Assembly (NCBI GenBank): GCA_964016885.1
Contig: OZ024741.1
Span: 246,388,001-246,452,000, forward strand
Reading direction: 5' to 3'
Length of the DNA: 64,000 nucleotides
DNA from: Eledone cirrhosa
Taxonomy: Eukaryota
The notes beneath the pieces were generated by a model, which worked only from the letters and a program-made list of their open reading frames with translations, did no database searches and was not told the DNA's origin. A program made the position numbers and the translations under genes. Of the stretch, positions 1 to 13,300 are shown piece by piece (position 1 is the first letter of the stretch; each line of letters starts with the position of its first letter).

Positions 1-3000
1 TCTCCTTGGACGGCTGAAAATTATCTCCCCTTGGACGGCTGGAAATTATCTCCCCTTGATTTTTTTTACAAATTATCTCCCCCTGATTTTTTTTTACAAA
101 TTATCTCCCCCTGATTTTTTTTTACAAATTATCTCCCCCTGATTTTTTTTACAAATTATCTCCCCCTGATTTTTTTTTACAAATTATCTCCCCCTGATTT
201 TTTTTTACAAATTATGTCCCCCTGATTTTTTTTTACAAATTATCTCCCCCTAATTTTTTTTTACAAATTATCTCCCCCTGATTTTTTTTTACAAATTATC
301 TCCCCCTGATTTTTTTTTACAAATTATCTCCGCCTGATTTTTTTTTAAAAATTACCTCCCCTTGGACGGCTGGAAATTATCACCCCTTGGACGGCTGGAA
401 ATTATCTCCCCTTGGACGGCTAGAAATTATCTCTCCTTGGACGGCTGAAAATTATCTCCCCTTGGACGGCTGCAAATTATCTCCCCTTGATTTTTTTTAC
501 AAATTATCTCCCCCTGATTTTTTTTACAAATTATCTCCCCCTGATTTTTTTTACAAATTATCTACCCCTGATTTTTTTTACAAATTATCTCCCCCTGATT
601 TTTTTTTACAAATTATCTCCCCCTGATTTTTTTTTACAAATTATCTCCCCCTGATTTTTCTTTTACAAATTATCTCCCCCTGATTTTTTTACAAAGTATC
701 CCCCCCTGATTTTTTTTACAATCTCCGCCTGATTTTTTTAAAAATTATCTTCCCTTGGCTGGCGGGAAATTATCTCCCCTTGGACGGCTGGAAATTATCT
801 CCCCTTGGAAGGATGGAAATTATCTCCCCTTGGACGGCTGGAAATTATCTCCCCTTGCACGGCTGGAAATTATCTCCCATTGGACGGCTAGAAATTATCT
901 CTCTTTGGACGGCTGGAAATTATCTCCCTTTGATTTTTTTTACAAATTATCTCCCTCTGATTTTTTTTACAAATCTCCCCCTGATTTTTTAAAAAAAATT
1001 ATCTCCCCTTCGCTGGCTGGAAATTATCTCCCCTTGGACACTGGAAATTATAGCCCCTTGGAGGGCCGGAAATTATCTTCCCTTGGACGGCTGGAAATTA
1101 TCTCCCACTGATTTTTTTTACAAATTATCTCCGCCTTATTTTTTTAAAAAATTATCTCTCCTTGGACGGCTGGAAATTATCCCCCCTTGATTTTTTTTAC
1201 AAATAATCTCCCCCTGATTTTTTTTTACAAATTATCTCCCCCTGATTTTTTTTTACAAATTATCTACCCCTGATTTTTTTTACAAATTATCTCCGCCTGA
1301 TTTTTTAAAATATTATCTTCCCTTGGCTGGCGGGAAATTATCTCCCCTTGGACGGCTGGAAATTATCTGCCCTTGATTTTCTTTTTACAAATTATCTTCC
1401 ACTGATTTTTTTTACAAATTATCTCCACCTGATTTTTTAAAAAATTATCTCCCCTTGGAAGGCTGGAAATTATCTCCCCTTGGCTGGAAATTATCTCCCC
1501 TTGGACGGCTAGAAATTATCTCTCTTTGTACGGCTGGAAATTATCACCCCTTGAGTTTTTTACAAATTATCTCCCCCTGATATTTTTTACAAATCTCCCA
1601 GTGTTTTTTAAAAAAAATTATCTCCCCTTCGCTGGCTGGAAATTATCTCCCCTTGGACGCTGGAAATTATAGCCCCTTGGAGGGCTGGAAATTATCTTCC
1701 CTTGGACGGCTGGAAATTATCTCCCCTTGATTTTTTTTACAAATTATCTCCCCCTGATTTTTTTTTACAAATTATCTCCCCCTGATTTTTTTTTACAACT
1801 TATCTGCGCCTGATTTTTTTAAAAAAATTATCTTCCCTTGGACGGCTGGAAATTATCTCCCCTTGGACGGCTGGAAATTATCTCTCCTTGGACGGCTAGA
1901 ATTTACCTCTCCTTGGACGGCTGAAAATTATCTCCCCTTGGACGGCTGGAAATTATCTCCCCTTGATTTTTTTTACAAATTATCTCCCCCTGATTTTTTT
2001 TTACAAATTATCTCCCCCTGATTTTTTTTTACAAATTATCTCCCCCTGATTTTTTTTTACAAATTATCTCCCCCTGATTTTTTTTACAAATTATCTCCCC
2101 CTGATTTTTTTACAAATTATCTCCCCTTGGCTGGCTGGAAATTATCTCCCCTTGGAGGCTGGAACTTATGTCCCCTTGGACGGCTAGAAATTACCTCTCC
2201 TTGGACGGCTGGAAATTATCTCCCCTTGGAAGGATGGAAATTATCTCCCCTTGGACGGCTGGAAATTATCTCCCCTTGCACGGCTGGAAATTATCTCCCC
2301 TTGGCTGGAAATTATCTCCCCTTGGACGGCTAGAAATTATCTCTCTTTGGACGGCTGGAAATTATCTCCCTTTGATTTTTTTTACAAATTATCTCCCTCT
2401 GATTTTTTTTACAAATCTCCCCCTGATTTTTTAAAAAAAATTATCTCCCCTTCGCTGGCTGGAAATTATCTTCCCTTGGACGGCTGGAAATTATCTCCCC
2501 TTGATTTTTTTTACAAATTATCTCCGCCTGATTTTTTTTAAAAATTATCTCCCCCTGATTTTTTTTTACAAATTATCTACCCCTGATTTTTTTTTACAAA
2601 TTATCTCCCCCTGATTTTTTTTACAAATTATCTCCCCCTGATTTTTCTTTTACAAATTATCTCCCCCTGATTTTTTTACAAATTATCTCCCCCTGATTTT
2701 TTTTACAAATTGTCTCTGCCTGATTTTTTTAAATATTATCTTCCCGTGGCTGGCGGGAAATTACCTCCCCTTGGACGGCTGGAAATTATCTGTCCTTGAT
2801 TTTCTTTTTACAAATTATCTTCCACTGATTTTTTTTACAAATTATCTCCACCTGATTTTTAAAAAAATTATCTCCCCTTGGAAGGCTGGAAATTATCTCC
2901 CCTTGGCTGGAAATTATCTCCCCTTGGACGGCTAGAAATTATCTCTCTTTGGACGGCTGGAAATTATCACCCCTTGAGTTTTTTACAAATTATCTCCCCC

Positions 3001-3289
3001 TGATTTTTTTTACAAATCTCCCAGTGATTTTTAAAAAAAAATTATCTCCCCTTCGCTGGCTGGAAATTATCTCCCCTTGGACGCTGGAAATTATAGCCCC
3101 TTGGAGGGCTGGAAATTATCTTCCCTTGGACGGCTGGAAATTATCTCCCCTTGATTTTTTTTACAAATTATCTCCCCCTGATTTTTTTTTACAAATTATC
3201 TCCCCCTGATTTTTTTTACAACTTATCTGCGCCTGATTTTTTTAAAAAAATTATCTCCCCTCGGACGGCTGGAAATTATCTCTCCTTGG

Positions 3290-5190
3290 ACGGCTAGAAT
3301 TTACCTCTCCTTGGACGGCTGAAAATTATCTCCCCTTGGACGGCTGGAAATTATCTCCCCTTGATTTTTTTTACAAATTATCTCCCCCTGATTTTTTTTT
3401 ACAAATTATCTCCCCCTGATTTTTTTTTACAAATTATCTCCCCCCTGAATTTTTTACAAATTATCTCCCCTTGGCTGGCTGGAAATTATCTCCCCTTGGA
3501 GGCTGGAACTTATCTCCCCTTGGACGGCTAGAAATTACCTCTCCTTGGACGGCTGGAAAATATGTCTCCTTGGACGGCTGGATATTATCTCCCCTTGGAC
3601 GGCTGGAAATTATCTCCCCTTGGACGGCTGGAAATTATCTCCCCTTGGATGGCTAGATATTACCTCCCCTTGGACGGCTGGAAATTATCTCCCCTTGATT
3701 TTTTTTACAAATTATCTCCCCCTGATTTTTTTTTACAAATTATCTCCCCCTGATTTTTTTTTAAAAATTATCTCCCCCTGATTTTTGTTTACAAATTATC
3801 TCCGCCTGATTTTTTTTAAAAAATTATCTCCCCTTGGACGGCTGGAAATTATCTCCCCTTGGACGGCTGGAAATTATATCTCCTTGGACGGCTAGAATTT
3901 ACCTCTCCTTGGACGGCTGAAAATTATCTCCCCTTGGACGGCTGGAAATTATCTCCCCTTGATTTTTTTTACAAATTATCTCCCCCTGATTTTTTTTTAC
4001 AAATTATCTCCCCCTGATTTTTTTTTACAAATTATCTCCCCCTGATTTTTTTTTACAAATTATCTCCCCCTGATTTTTTTACAAATTATCTCCCCTTGGC
4101 TGGCTGGAAATTATCTCCCCTTGGAGGCTGGAACTTATCTCCCCTTGGACGGCTAGAAATTACCTCTCCTTGGACGGCTGGAAAATATGTCTCCTTGGAC
4201 GGCTGGATATTATCTCCCCTTGGACGGCTGGAAATTATCTCCCCTTGGACGGCTGGAAATTATCTCCCCTTGGATGGCTAGATATTACCTCCCCTTGGAC
4301 GGCTGGAAATTATCTCCCCTTGATTTTTTTTACAAATTATCTCCCCCTGATTTTTTTTTACAAATTATCTCCCCCTGATTTTTTTTTACAAATTATCTCC
4401 CCCTGATTTTTGTTTACAAATTATCTCCGCCTGATTTTTTTTTTAAAATTATCTCCCCTTGGACGGCTGGAAATTATCTCCCCTTGGACGGCTAGAAATT
4501 ACCTCTCCTTGGACGGCTGAAAATTATCTCCCCTTGGACGGCTGGAAATTATCTCCCCTTGATTTTTTTACAAATTATCTCCCCCTGATTTTTTTTTTAC
4601 AAATTATCTCCCCCTGATTTTTTTTTTACAAATTATCTCCCCCTAATTTTTTTTTACAAATTATCTCCCCCTGATTTTTTTTACAAATTATCTCCCCCCT
4701 GATTTTTTTACAAATTATCTCCCCTTGGCTGGCTGGAAATTATCTCCCCTTGGAGGCTGGAACTTATCTCCCCTTGGACGGCTAGAAATTACCTCTCCTT
4801 GGACGGCTGGAAAATATGTCTCCTTGGACGGCTGGATATTATCTCCCCTTGGACGGCTGGAAATTATCTCCCCTTGGACGGCTGGAAATTATCTCCCCTT
4901 GGATGGCTAGATATTACCTCCCCTTGGACGGCTGGAAATTATCTCCCCTTGATTTTTTTTACAAATTATCTCCCCCTAATTTTTTTTTACAAATTATCTC
5001 CCCCTGATATTTTAAAAAAAATTATCTCCCCCTGATTTTTGTTTACAAATTATCTCCGCCTGATTTTTTTTAAAAAATTATCTCCCCTTGGACGGCTGGA
5101 AATTATCTCCCCTTGGACGGCTGGAAATTATATCTCCTTGGACGGCTAGAATTTACCTCTCCTTGGACGGCTGAAAATTATCTCCCCTTG
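3290..5190 (+). repeat. Three tandem copies of a ~625-629 bp higher-order unit
   Basis: The identical 8-monomer A block (TTGGCTGGCTGG / TTGGAGGCTGGAACTT / AAAATATGTCTCC / TTGGATGGCTAGATATT) starts at 3471, 4096 and 4725. Confidence 0.88.
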
Positions 5191-7384
5191 ATTTTTTTAC
5201 AAATTATCTCCCCCTGATTTTTTTTTACAAATTATCTCCCTCTGATTTTTTTTTACAAATTATCTCCCCCTGATTTTTTTTTTGCAAATTATCTCCCCCT
5301 GATTTTTGTTTACAAATTATCTCCGCCTGATTTTTTTTTTAAAATTATCTCCCCTTGGACGGCTGGAAATTATCTCCCCTCGGACGGCTAGAAATTACCT
5401 CTCCTTGGACGGCTGAAAATTATCTCCCCTTGGACGGCTGGAAATTATCTCCCCTTGATTTTTTTACAAATTATCTCCCCCTGATTTTTTTTTACAAATT
5501 ATCTCCCCCTGATTTTTTTTTAGAAATTATCTACCCCTGATTTTTTTTACAAATTATCTCCCCCTGATTTTTTTTTACAAATTATCTACCCCTGATTTTT
5601 TTTACAAATTATCTCCCCCTGATTTTTTTTACAAATTATCTCCCCCTGATTTTTTTTTTACAAATTATCTCCCCCTGATTTTTTTACAAATTATCTCCCC
5701 CTGATTTTTTTTACAAATTATCTCCGCCGGATTTTTTTAAATATTATCTTCCCTTGGCTTGCGGGAAATTATCTCCCCTTGGACGGCTGAAAATTATCTC
5801 CCCTTGGACGGCTGGAAATTATCTCCCCTTGATTTTTTTTACAAATTATCTCCCCCTGATTTTTTTTTACAAATTATCTCCCCCTGATTTTTTTTACAAA
5901 TTATCTCCCCCTGATTTTTTTTTACAAATTATCTCCCCCTGATTTTTTTTACAAATTATCTCCCCCTGATTTTTTTTACAAATTATCTCCCCCTGATTTT
6001 TTTTTACAAATTATCTCCCCCTGATTTTTTTACAAATTATCTCCCCCTGATTTTTTTTACAAATTATCTCCGCCTGATTTTTTAAAATATTATCTCCCCT
6101 TGGACGGCTGGAAATTATCTGCCCTTGATTTTCTTTTTACAAATTAACTTCCACTGATTTTTTTTACAAATTATCTCCACCTGATTTTTTTAAAAATTAT
6201 CTCCCCTTGGAAGGCTGGAAATTATCTCCCCTTGGCTGGAAATTATCTCCCCTTGGACGGCTAGAAATTATCTCTCTTTGGACGGCTGGAAATTATCACC
6301 CCTTGAGTTTTTTACAAATTATCTCCCCCTGATTTTTTTTACAAGTCTCCCAGTGATTTTTAAAAAAAAATTATCTTCCCTTCGCTGGCTGGAAATTATC
6401 TCCCCTTGGACGCTGGAAATTATAGCCCCTTGGAGGGCTGGAAATTATCTTCCCTTGGACGGCTGGAAATTATCTCCCCTTGATTTTTTTTACAAATTAT
6501 CTCCCCCTGATTTTTTTTTACAAATTATCTCCCCCTGATTTTTTTTACAACTTATCTGCGCCTGATTTTTTTAAAAAAATTATCTCCCCTTGGACGGCTG
6601 GAAATTATCTCCCCTTGGACGGCTGGAAATTATCTCTCCTTGGACGGCTGAAAATTATCTCCCCTTGGACGGCTGGAAATTATCTCCCCTTGATTTTTTT
6701 TACAAATTATCTCCCCCTGATTTTTTTTACAAATTATCTCCCCCTGATTTTTTTTTACAAATTATCTCCCCCTGATTTTTTTTACAAATTATCTCCCCCT
6801 GATTTTTTTACAAATTATCTCCCCTTGGCTGGCTGGAAATTATCTCCCCTTGGAGGCTGGAACTTATCTCCCCTTGGACGGCTAGAAATTACCTCTCCTT
6901 GGACGGCTGGAAAATATGTCTCCTTGGACGGCTGGATATTATCTCACCTTGGACGGCTAGAAATTATCTCCCCTTGGACGGCAGGAAATTATCTCCCCTT
7001 GGATGGCTAGATATTACCTCCCCTTGGACGGCTGGAAATTATCTCCCCTTGATTTTTTTTACAAATTATCTGCCCCTGATTTTTTTTTACAAATTATCTC
7101 CCCCTGATTTTTTTTTACAAATTATCTCCCCCTGATTTTTTTTTTAAAATTATCTCCCCTTGGACGGCTGGAAATTATCTCCCCTTGGACGGCTAGAAAT
7201 TACCTCTCCTTGGACGGCTGAAAATTATCTCCCCTTGGACGGCTGGAAATTATCTCCCCTTGATTTTTTTACAAATTATTTCCGCCTGATTTTTTTTTAC
7301 AAATTATCTCCCCCTGATTTTTTTTTACAAATTATCTACCCCTGATTTTTTTTTACAAATTATCTCCCCCTGATTTTTTTTTAC

Positions 7385-10300
7385 AAATTATCTACCCCTG
7401 ATTTTTTTTACAAATTATCTCCCCCTGATTTTTTTTACAAATTATCTCCCCCTGATTTTTTTTTTTACAAATTATCTCCCCCTGATTTTTTTACAAATTA
7501 TCTCCCCCTGATTTTTTTTACAAATTATCTCCGCCGGATTTTTTTAAATATTATCTTCCCTTGGCTGGCGGGAAATTATCTCCCCTTGGACGGCTGAAAA
7601 TTATCTCCCCTTGGACGGCTGGAAATTATCTCCCCTTGATTTTTTTTACAAATTATCTCCCCCTGACTTTTTTTTACAAATTATCTCCCCCTGATTTTTT
7701 TTACAAATTATCTCCCCCTGATTTTTTTACAAATTATCTCCCCTTGGCTGGCTGGAAATTACCTCCCCTTGTAGGCTGGAATTTATCTCCCCTTGGACGG
7801 CTAGAAATTACCTCTACTTGGACGGCTGGAAAATATGTCTCCTTGGACGGCTGGATATTATCTCCCCTTGGACGGCTGGAAATTATCTCCCCTTGGACGG
7901 CTGGAAATTATCTCCCCTTGATTTTTTTTACAAATTATCTCCCCCTGATTTTTTTACAAATCTCCCAGTGATTTTTAAAAAAAAATTATCTTCCCTTCGC
8001 TGGCTGGAAATTATCTCCCCTTGGACGCTGGAAATTATAGCCCCTTGGAGGGCTGGAAATTATCTTCCCTTGGACGGCTGGAAATTATCTCCCTTGATTT
8101 TTTTTACAAATTATCTCCCCCTGATTTTTTTTTACAAATTATCTCCCCCTGATTTTTTTTTACAACTTATCTGCGCCTGATTTTTTTAAAAAAATTATCT
8201 CCCCTTGGACGGCTGGAAATTATCTCCCCTTGGACGGCTGGAAATTATCTCTCCTTGGACGGCTAGAATTTACCTCTCCTTGGACGGCTGAAAATTATCT
8301 CCCCTTGGACGGCTGGAAATTATCTCCCCTTGATTTTTTTTACAAATTATCTCCCCCTGATTTTTTTTTACAAATTATCTCCCCCTGATTTTTTTTTACA
8401 AATTATCTCCCCCTGATTTTTTTTTACAAATTATCTCCCCCTGATTTTTTTTACAAATTATCTCCCCCTGATTTTTTTACAAATTATCTCCCCTTGGCTG
8501 GCTGGAAATTATCTCCCCTTGGAGGCTGGAACTTATCTCCCCTTGGACGGCTAGAAATTACCTCTCCTTGGACGGCTGAAAATTATCTCCCCTTGGACGG
8601 CTGGAAATTATCTCCCCTTGATTTTTTTACAAATTATCTCCCCCTGATTTTTTTTTACAAATTATCTCCCCCTGATTTTTTTTTACAAATTATCTACCCC
8701 TGATTTTTTTTTACAAATTATCTCCCCCTGATTTTTTTTTACAAATTATCTACCCCTGATTTTTTTTACAAATTATCTCCCCCCGATTTTTTTTACAAAT
8801 TATCTCCCCTTGATTTTTTTTTTTACAAATTATCTCCCCCTGATTTTTTTACAAATTATCTCCCCCTGATTTTTTTTACAAATTATCTCCGCCGGATTTT
8901 TTTAAATATTATCTTCCCTTGGCTGGCGGGAAATTATCTCCCCTTGGACGGCTGAAAATTATCTCCCCTTGGACGGCTGGAAATTATCTCCCCTTGATTT
9001 TTTTTACAAATTATCTCCCCCTGATTTTTTTTTACAAATTATCTCCCCCTGATTTTTTTACAAATTATCTCCCCTTGGCTGGCTGGAAATTACCTCCCCT
9101 TGTAGGCTGGAATTTATCTCCCCTTGGACGGCTAGAAATTACCTCTCCTTGGACGGCTGGAAAATATGTCTCCTTGGACGGCTGGATATTATCTCCCCTT
9201 GGATGGCTGGAAATTATCTCCCCTTGGACGGCTGGAAATTATCTCCCCTTGATTTTTTTTACAAATTATCTCCTCCTGATTTTTTTTACAAATCTCCCAA
9301 TGATTTTTTAAAAAAAATTATCTCCCCTTCGCTGGCTGGAAATTATCTCCCCTTGGACGCTGGAAATTATAGCCCCTTGGAGGGCTGGAAATTATCTTCC
9401 CTTGGACGGCTGGAAATTATCTCCCCTTGATTTTTTTTACAAATTATCTCCCCCTGATTTTTTTTTACAAATTATCTCCCCCTGATTTTTTTTTACAAAT
9501 TATCTCCCCCTGATTTTTTATTTACAAATTATCTCCGCCTGATTTTTTTTTAAAAATTACCTCCCCTTGGACGGCTGGAAATTATCTCCCCTTGGACGGC
9601 TGGAAATTATCTCCCCTTGGACGGCTAGAAATTATCTCTCCTTGGACGGCTGAAAATTATCTCCCCTTGGACGGCTGCAAATTATCTCCCCTTGATTTTT
9701 TTTACAAATTATCTCCCCCTGATTTTTTTTACAAATTATCTCCCCCTGATTTTTTTTACAAATTATCTACCCCTGATTTTTTTTACAAATTATCTCCCCC
9801 TGATTTTTTTTTACAAATTATCTCCCCCTGATTTTTTTTACAAATTATCTCCGCCTGATTTTTTTAAATATTATCTTCCCTTGGCTGGCGGGAAATTATC
9901 TCCCCTTGGACGGCTGGAAATTATCTGCCCTTGATTTTTTTTACAAATTATCTCCCCCTGATTTTTTTTTACAAATTATCTCCCCCTAATTTTTTTTTAC
10001 AAATTATCTCCCCCTGATTTTTTTTACAAATTATCTCCCCCCTGATTTTTTTACAAATTATCTCCCCTTGGCTGGCTGGAAATTATCTCCCCTTGGAGGC
10101 TGGAACTTATCTCCCCTTGGACGGCTAGATATTACCTCCCCTTGGACGGCTGGAAATTATCTCCCCTTGGACGGCTGGAAATTATCTCCCCTTGGATGGC
10201 TAGATATTACCTCCCCTTGGACGGCTGGAAATTATCTCCCCTTGATTTTGTTTACAAATTATCTCCCCCTGATTTTTTTTTACAAATTATCTCCCCCTGA

Positions 10301-13300
10301 TTTTTTTTTACAAATTATCTCCCCCTGATTTTTGTTTACAAATTATCTCCGCCTGATTTTTTTTTAAAAATTATCTCCCCTTGGACGGCTGGAAATTATC
10401 TCCCCTCGGACGGCTAGAAATTACCTCTCCTTGGACGGCTGAAAATTATCTCCCCTTGGACGGCTGGAAATTATCTCCCCTTGATTTTTTTACAAATTAT
10501 CTCCCCCTGATTTTTTTTTTACAAATTATCTCCCCCTGATTTTTTTTTAGAAATTATCTACCCCTGATTTGTTTTTACAAATTATCTCCCCCTGATTTTT
10601 TTTTACAAATTATCTACCCCTGATTTTTTTTACAAATTATCTCCCCCTGATTTTTTTTACAAATTATCTCCCCCTGATTTTTTTTTTACAAATTATCTCC
10701 CCCTGATTTTTTTACAAATTATCTCCCCCTGATCTTTTTTACAAATTATCTCCGCCGGATTTTTTTAAATATTATCTTCCCTTGGCTTGCGGGAAATTAT
10801 CTCCCCTTGGACGGCTGAAAATTATCTCCCCTTGGACGGCTGGAAATTATCTCCCCTTGATTTTTTTTACAAATTATCTCCCCCTGATTTTTTTTTACAA
10901 ATTATCTTCCCCTGATTTTTTTTACAAATTATCTCCCCCTGATTTTTTTTTACAAATTATCTCCCCCTGATTTTTTTTACAAATTATCTCCCCCTGATTT
11001 TTTTTACAAATTATCTCCCCCTGATTTTTTTTTACAAATTATCTCCCCCTGATTTTTTTACAAATTATCTCCCCCTGATTTTTTTTACAAATTATCTCCG
11101 CCTGATTTTTTAAAATATTATCTCCCCTTGGACGGCTGGAAATTATCTGCCCTTGATTTTCTTTTTACAAATTAACTTCCACTGATTTTTTTTACAAATT
11201 ATCTCCACCTGATTTTTTTAAAAATTATCTCCCCTTGGAAGGCTGGAAATTATCTCCCCTTGGCTGGAAATTATCTCCCCTTGGACGGCTAGAAATTATC
11301 TCTCTTTGGACGGCTGGAAATTATCACCCCTTGAGTTTTTTACAAATTATCTCCCCCTGATTTTTTTTACAAATCTCCCAGTGATTTTTAAAAAAAAATT
11401 ATCTTCCCTTCGCTGGCTGGAAATTATCTCCCCTTGGACGCTGGAAATTATAGCCGCTTGATTTTTTTTACAAATTATCTCCCCCTGATTTTTTTTTACA
11501 AATTATCTCCCCCTGATTTTTTTTAAAAAATTATCTCCCCTTGGACGGCTGGAAATTATCTCCCCTTGGACGGCTGGAAATTATCTCTCCTTGGACGGCT
11601 AGAATTTACCTCTCCTTGGACGGCTGAAAATTATCTCCCCTTGGACGGCTGGAAATTATCTCCCCTTGATTTTTTTTACAAATTATCTCCCCCTGATTTT
11701 TTTTTACAAATTATCTCCCCCTGATTTTTTTTTACAAATTATCTCCCCCTGATTTTTTTTACAAATTATCTCCCCCTGATTTTTTTACAAATTATCTCCC
11801 CTTGGCTGGCTGGAAATTATCTCCCCTTGGACGGCAGGAAATTATCTCCCCTTGGATGGCTAGATATTACCTCCCCTTGGACGGCTGGAAATTATCTCCC
11901 CTTGATTTTTTTTACAAATTATCTGCCCCTGATTTTTTTTTACAAATTATCTCCCCCTGATTTTTTTTTACAAATTATCTCCCCCTGATTTTTTTTTTAA
12001 AATTATCTCCCCTTGGACGGCTGGAAATTATCTCCCCTTGGACGGCTAGAAATTACCTCTCCTTGGACGGCTGAAAATTATCTCCCCTTGGACGGCTGGA
12101 AATTATCTCCCCTTGATTTTTTTACAAATTATTTCCCCCTGATTTTTTTTTACAAATTATCTCCCCCTGATTTTTTTTTACAAATTATCTATCCCTGATT
12201 TTTTTTTACAAATTATCTCCCCCTGATTTTTTTTTACAAATTATCTACCCCTGATTTTTTTTTACAAATTATCTCCCCCTGATTTTTTTTACAAATTATC
12301 TCCCCCTGATTTTTTTTTTTACAAATTATCTCCCCCTGATTTTTTTACAAATTATCTCCCCCTGATTTTTTTTACAAATTATCTCCGCCGGATTTTTTTA
12401 AATATTATCTTCCCTTGGCTGGCGGGAAATTATCTCCCCTTGGACGGCTGAAAATTATCTCCCCTTGGACGGCTGGAAATTATCTCCCCTTGGAAGGATG
12501 GAAATTATCTCCCCTTGTACGGCTGGAAATTATCTCCCCTTGGCTGGAAATTATCTCCCCTTGGACGGCTAGAAATTATCTCTCTTTGGACGGCTGGAAA
12601 TTATCTCCCTTTGATTTTTTTTACAAATTATCTCCCTCTGATTTTTTTTACAAATCTCCCCCTGATTTTTTTAAAAAAATTATCTCCCCTTCGCTGGCTG
12701 GAAATTATCTTCCCTTGGACGGCTGGAAATTATCTCCCCTTGATTTTTTTTACAAATTATCTCCGCCTGATTTTTTTTTAAAATTATCTCTCCTTGGACG
12801 GCTGGAAATTATCTCCCCTTGATTTTTTTTACAAATAATCTCCCCCTGATTTTTTTTTACAAATTATCTCCCCCTGATTTTTTTTTACAAATTATCTACC
12901 CCTGATTTTTTTTTACAAATTATCTCCCCCTGATTTTTTTTACAAATTATCTCCCCCTGATTTTTCTTTTACAAATTATCTCCCCCTGATTTTTTTACAA
13001 ATTATCTCCCCCTGATTTTTTTTACAAATTGTCTCTGCCTGATTTTTTTAAATATTATCTTCCCGTGGCTGGCGGGAAATTACCTCCCCTTGGACGGCTG
13101 GAAATTATCTGTCCTTGATTTTCTTTTTACAAATTATCTTCCACTGATTTTTTTTACAAATTATCTCCACCTGATTTTTTAAAAAATTATCTCCCCTTGG
13201 AAGGCTGGAAATTATCTCCCCTTGGCTGGAAATTATCTCCCCTTGGACGGCTAGAAATTATCTCTCTTTGGACGGCTGGAAATTATCACCCCTTGAGTTT

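Noticed and set aside
56-350. T tracts as intrinsic terminators or Pol III terminators
   Set aside because: There is no upstream GC hairpin or recognisable Pol III gene. The tracts are simply part of the B monomer.
755-770. Chi-like motifs GCTGGCGG / GCTGGCTGG
   Set aside because: They do not match E. coli Chi (GCTGGTGG). They are tetramer variants of the A monomer and there is no bacterial context.
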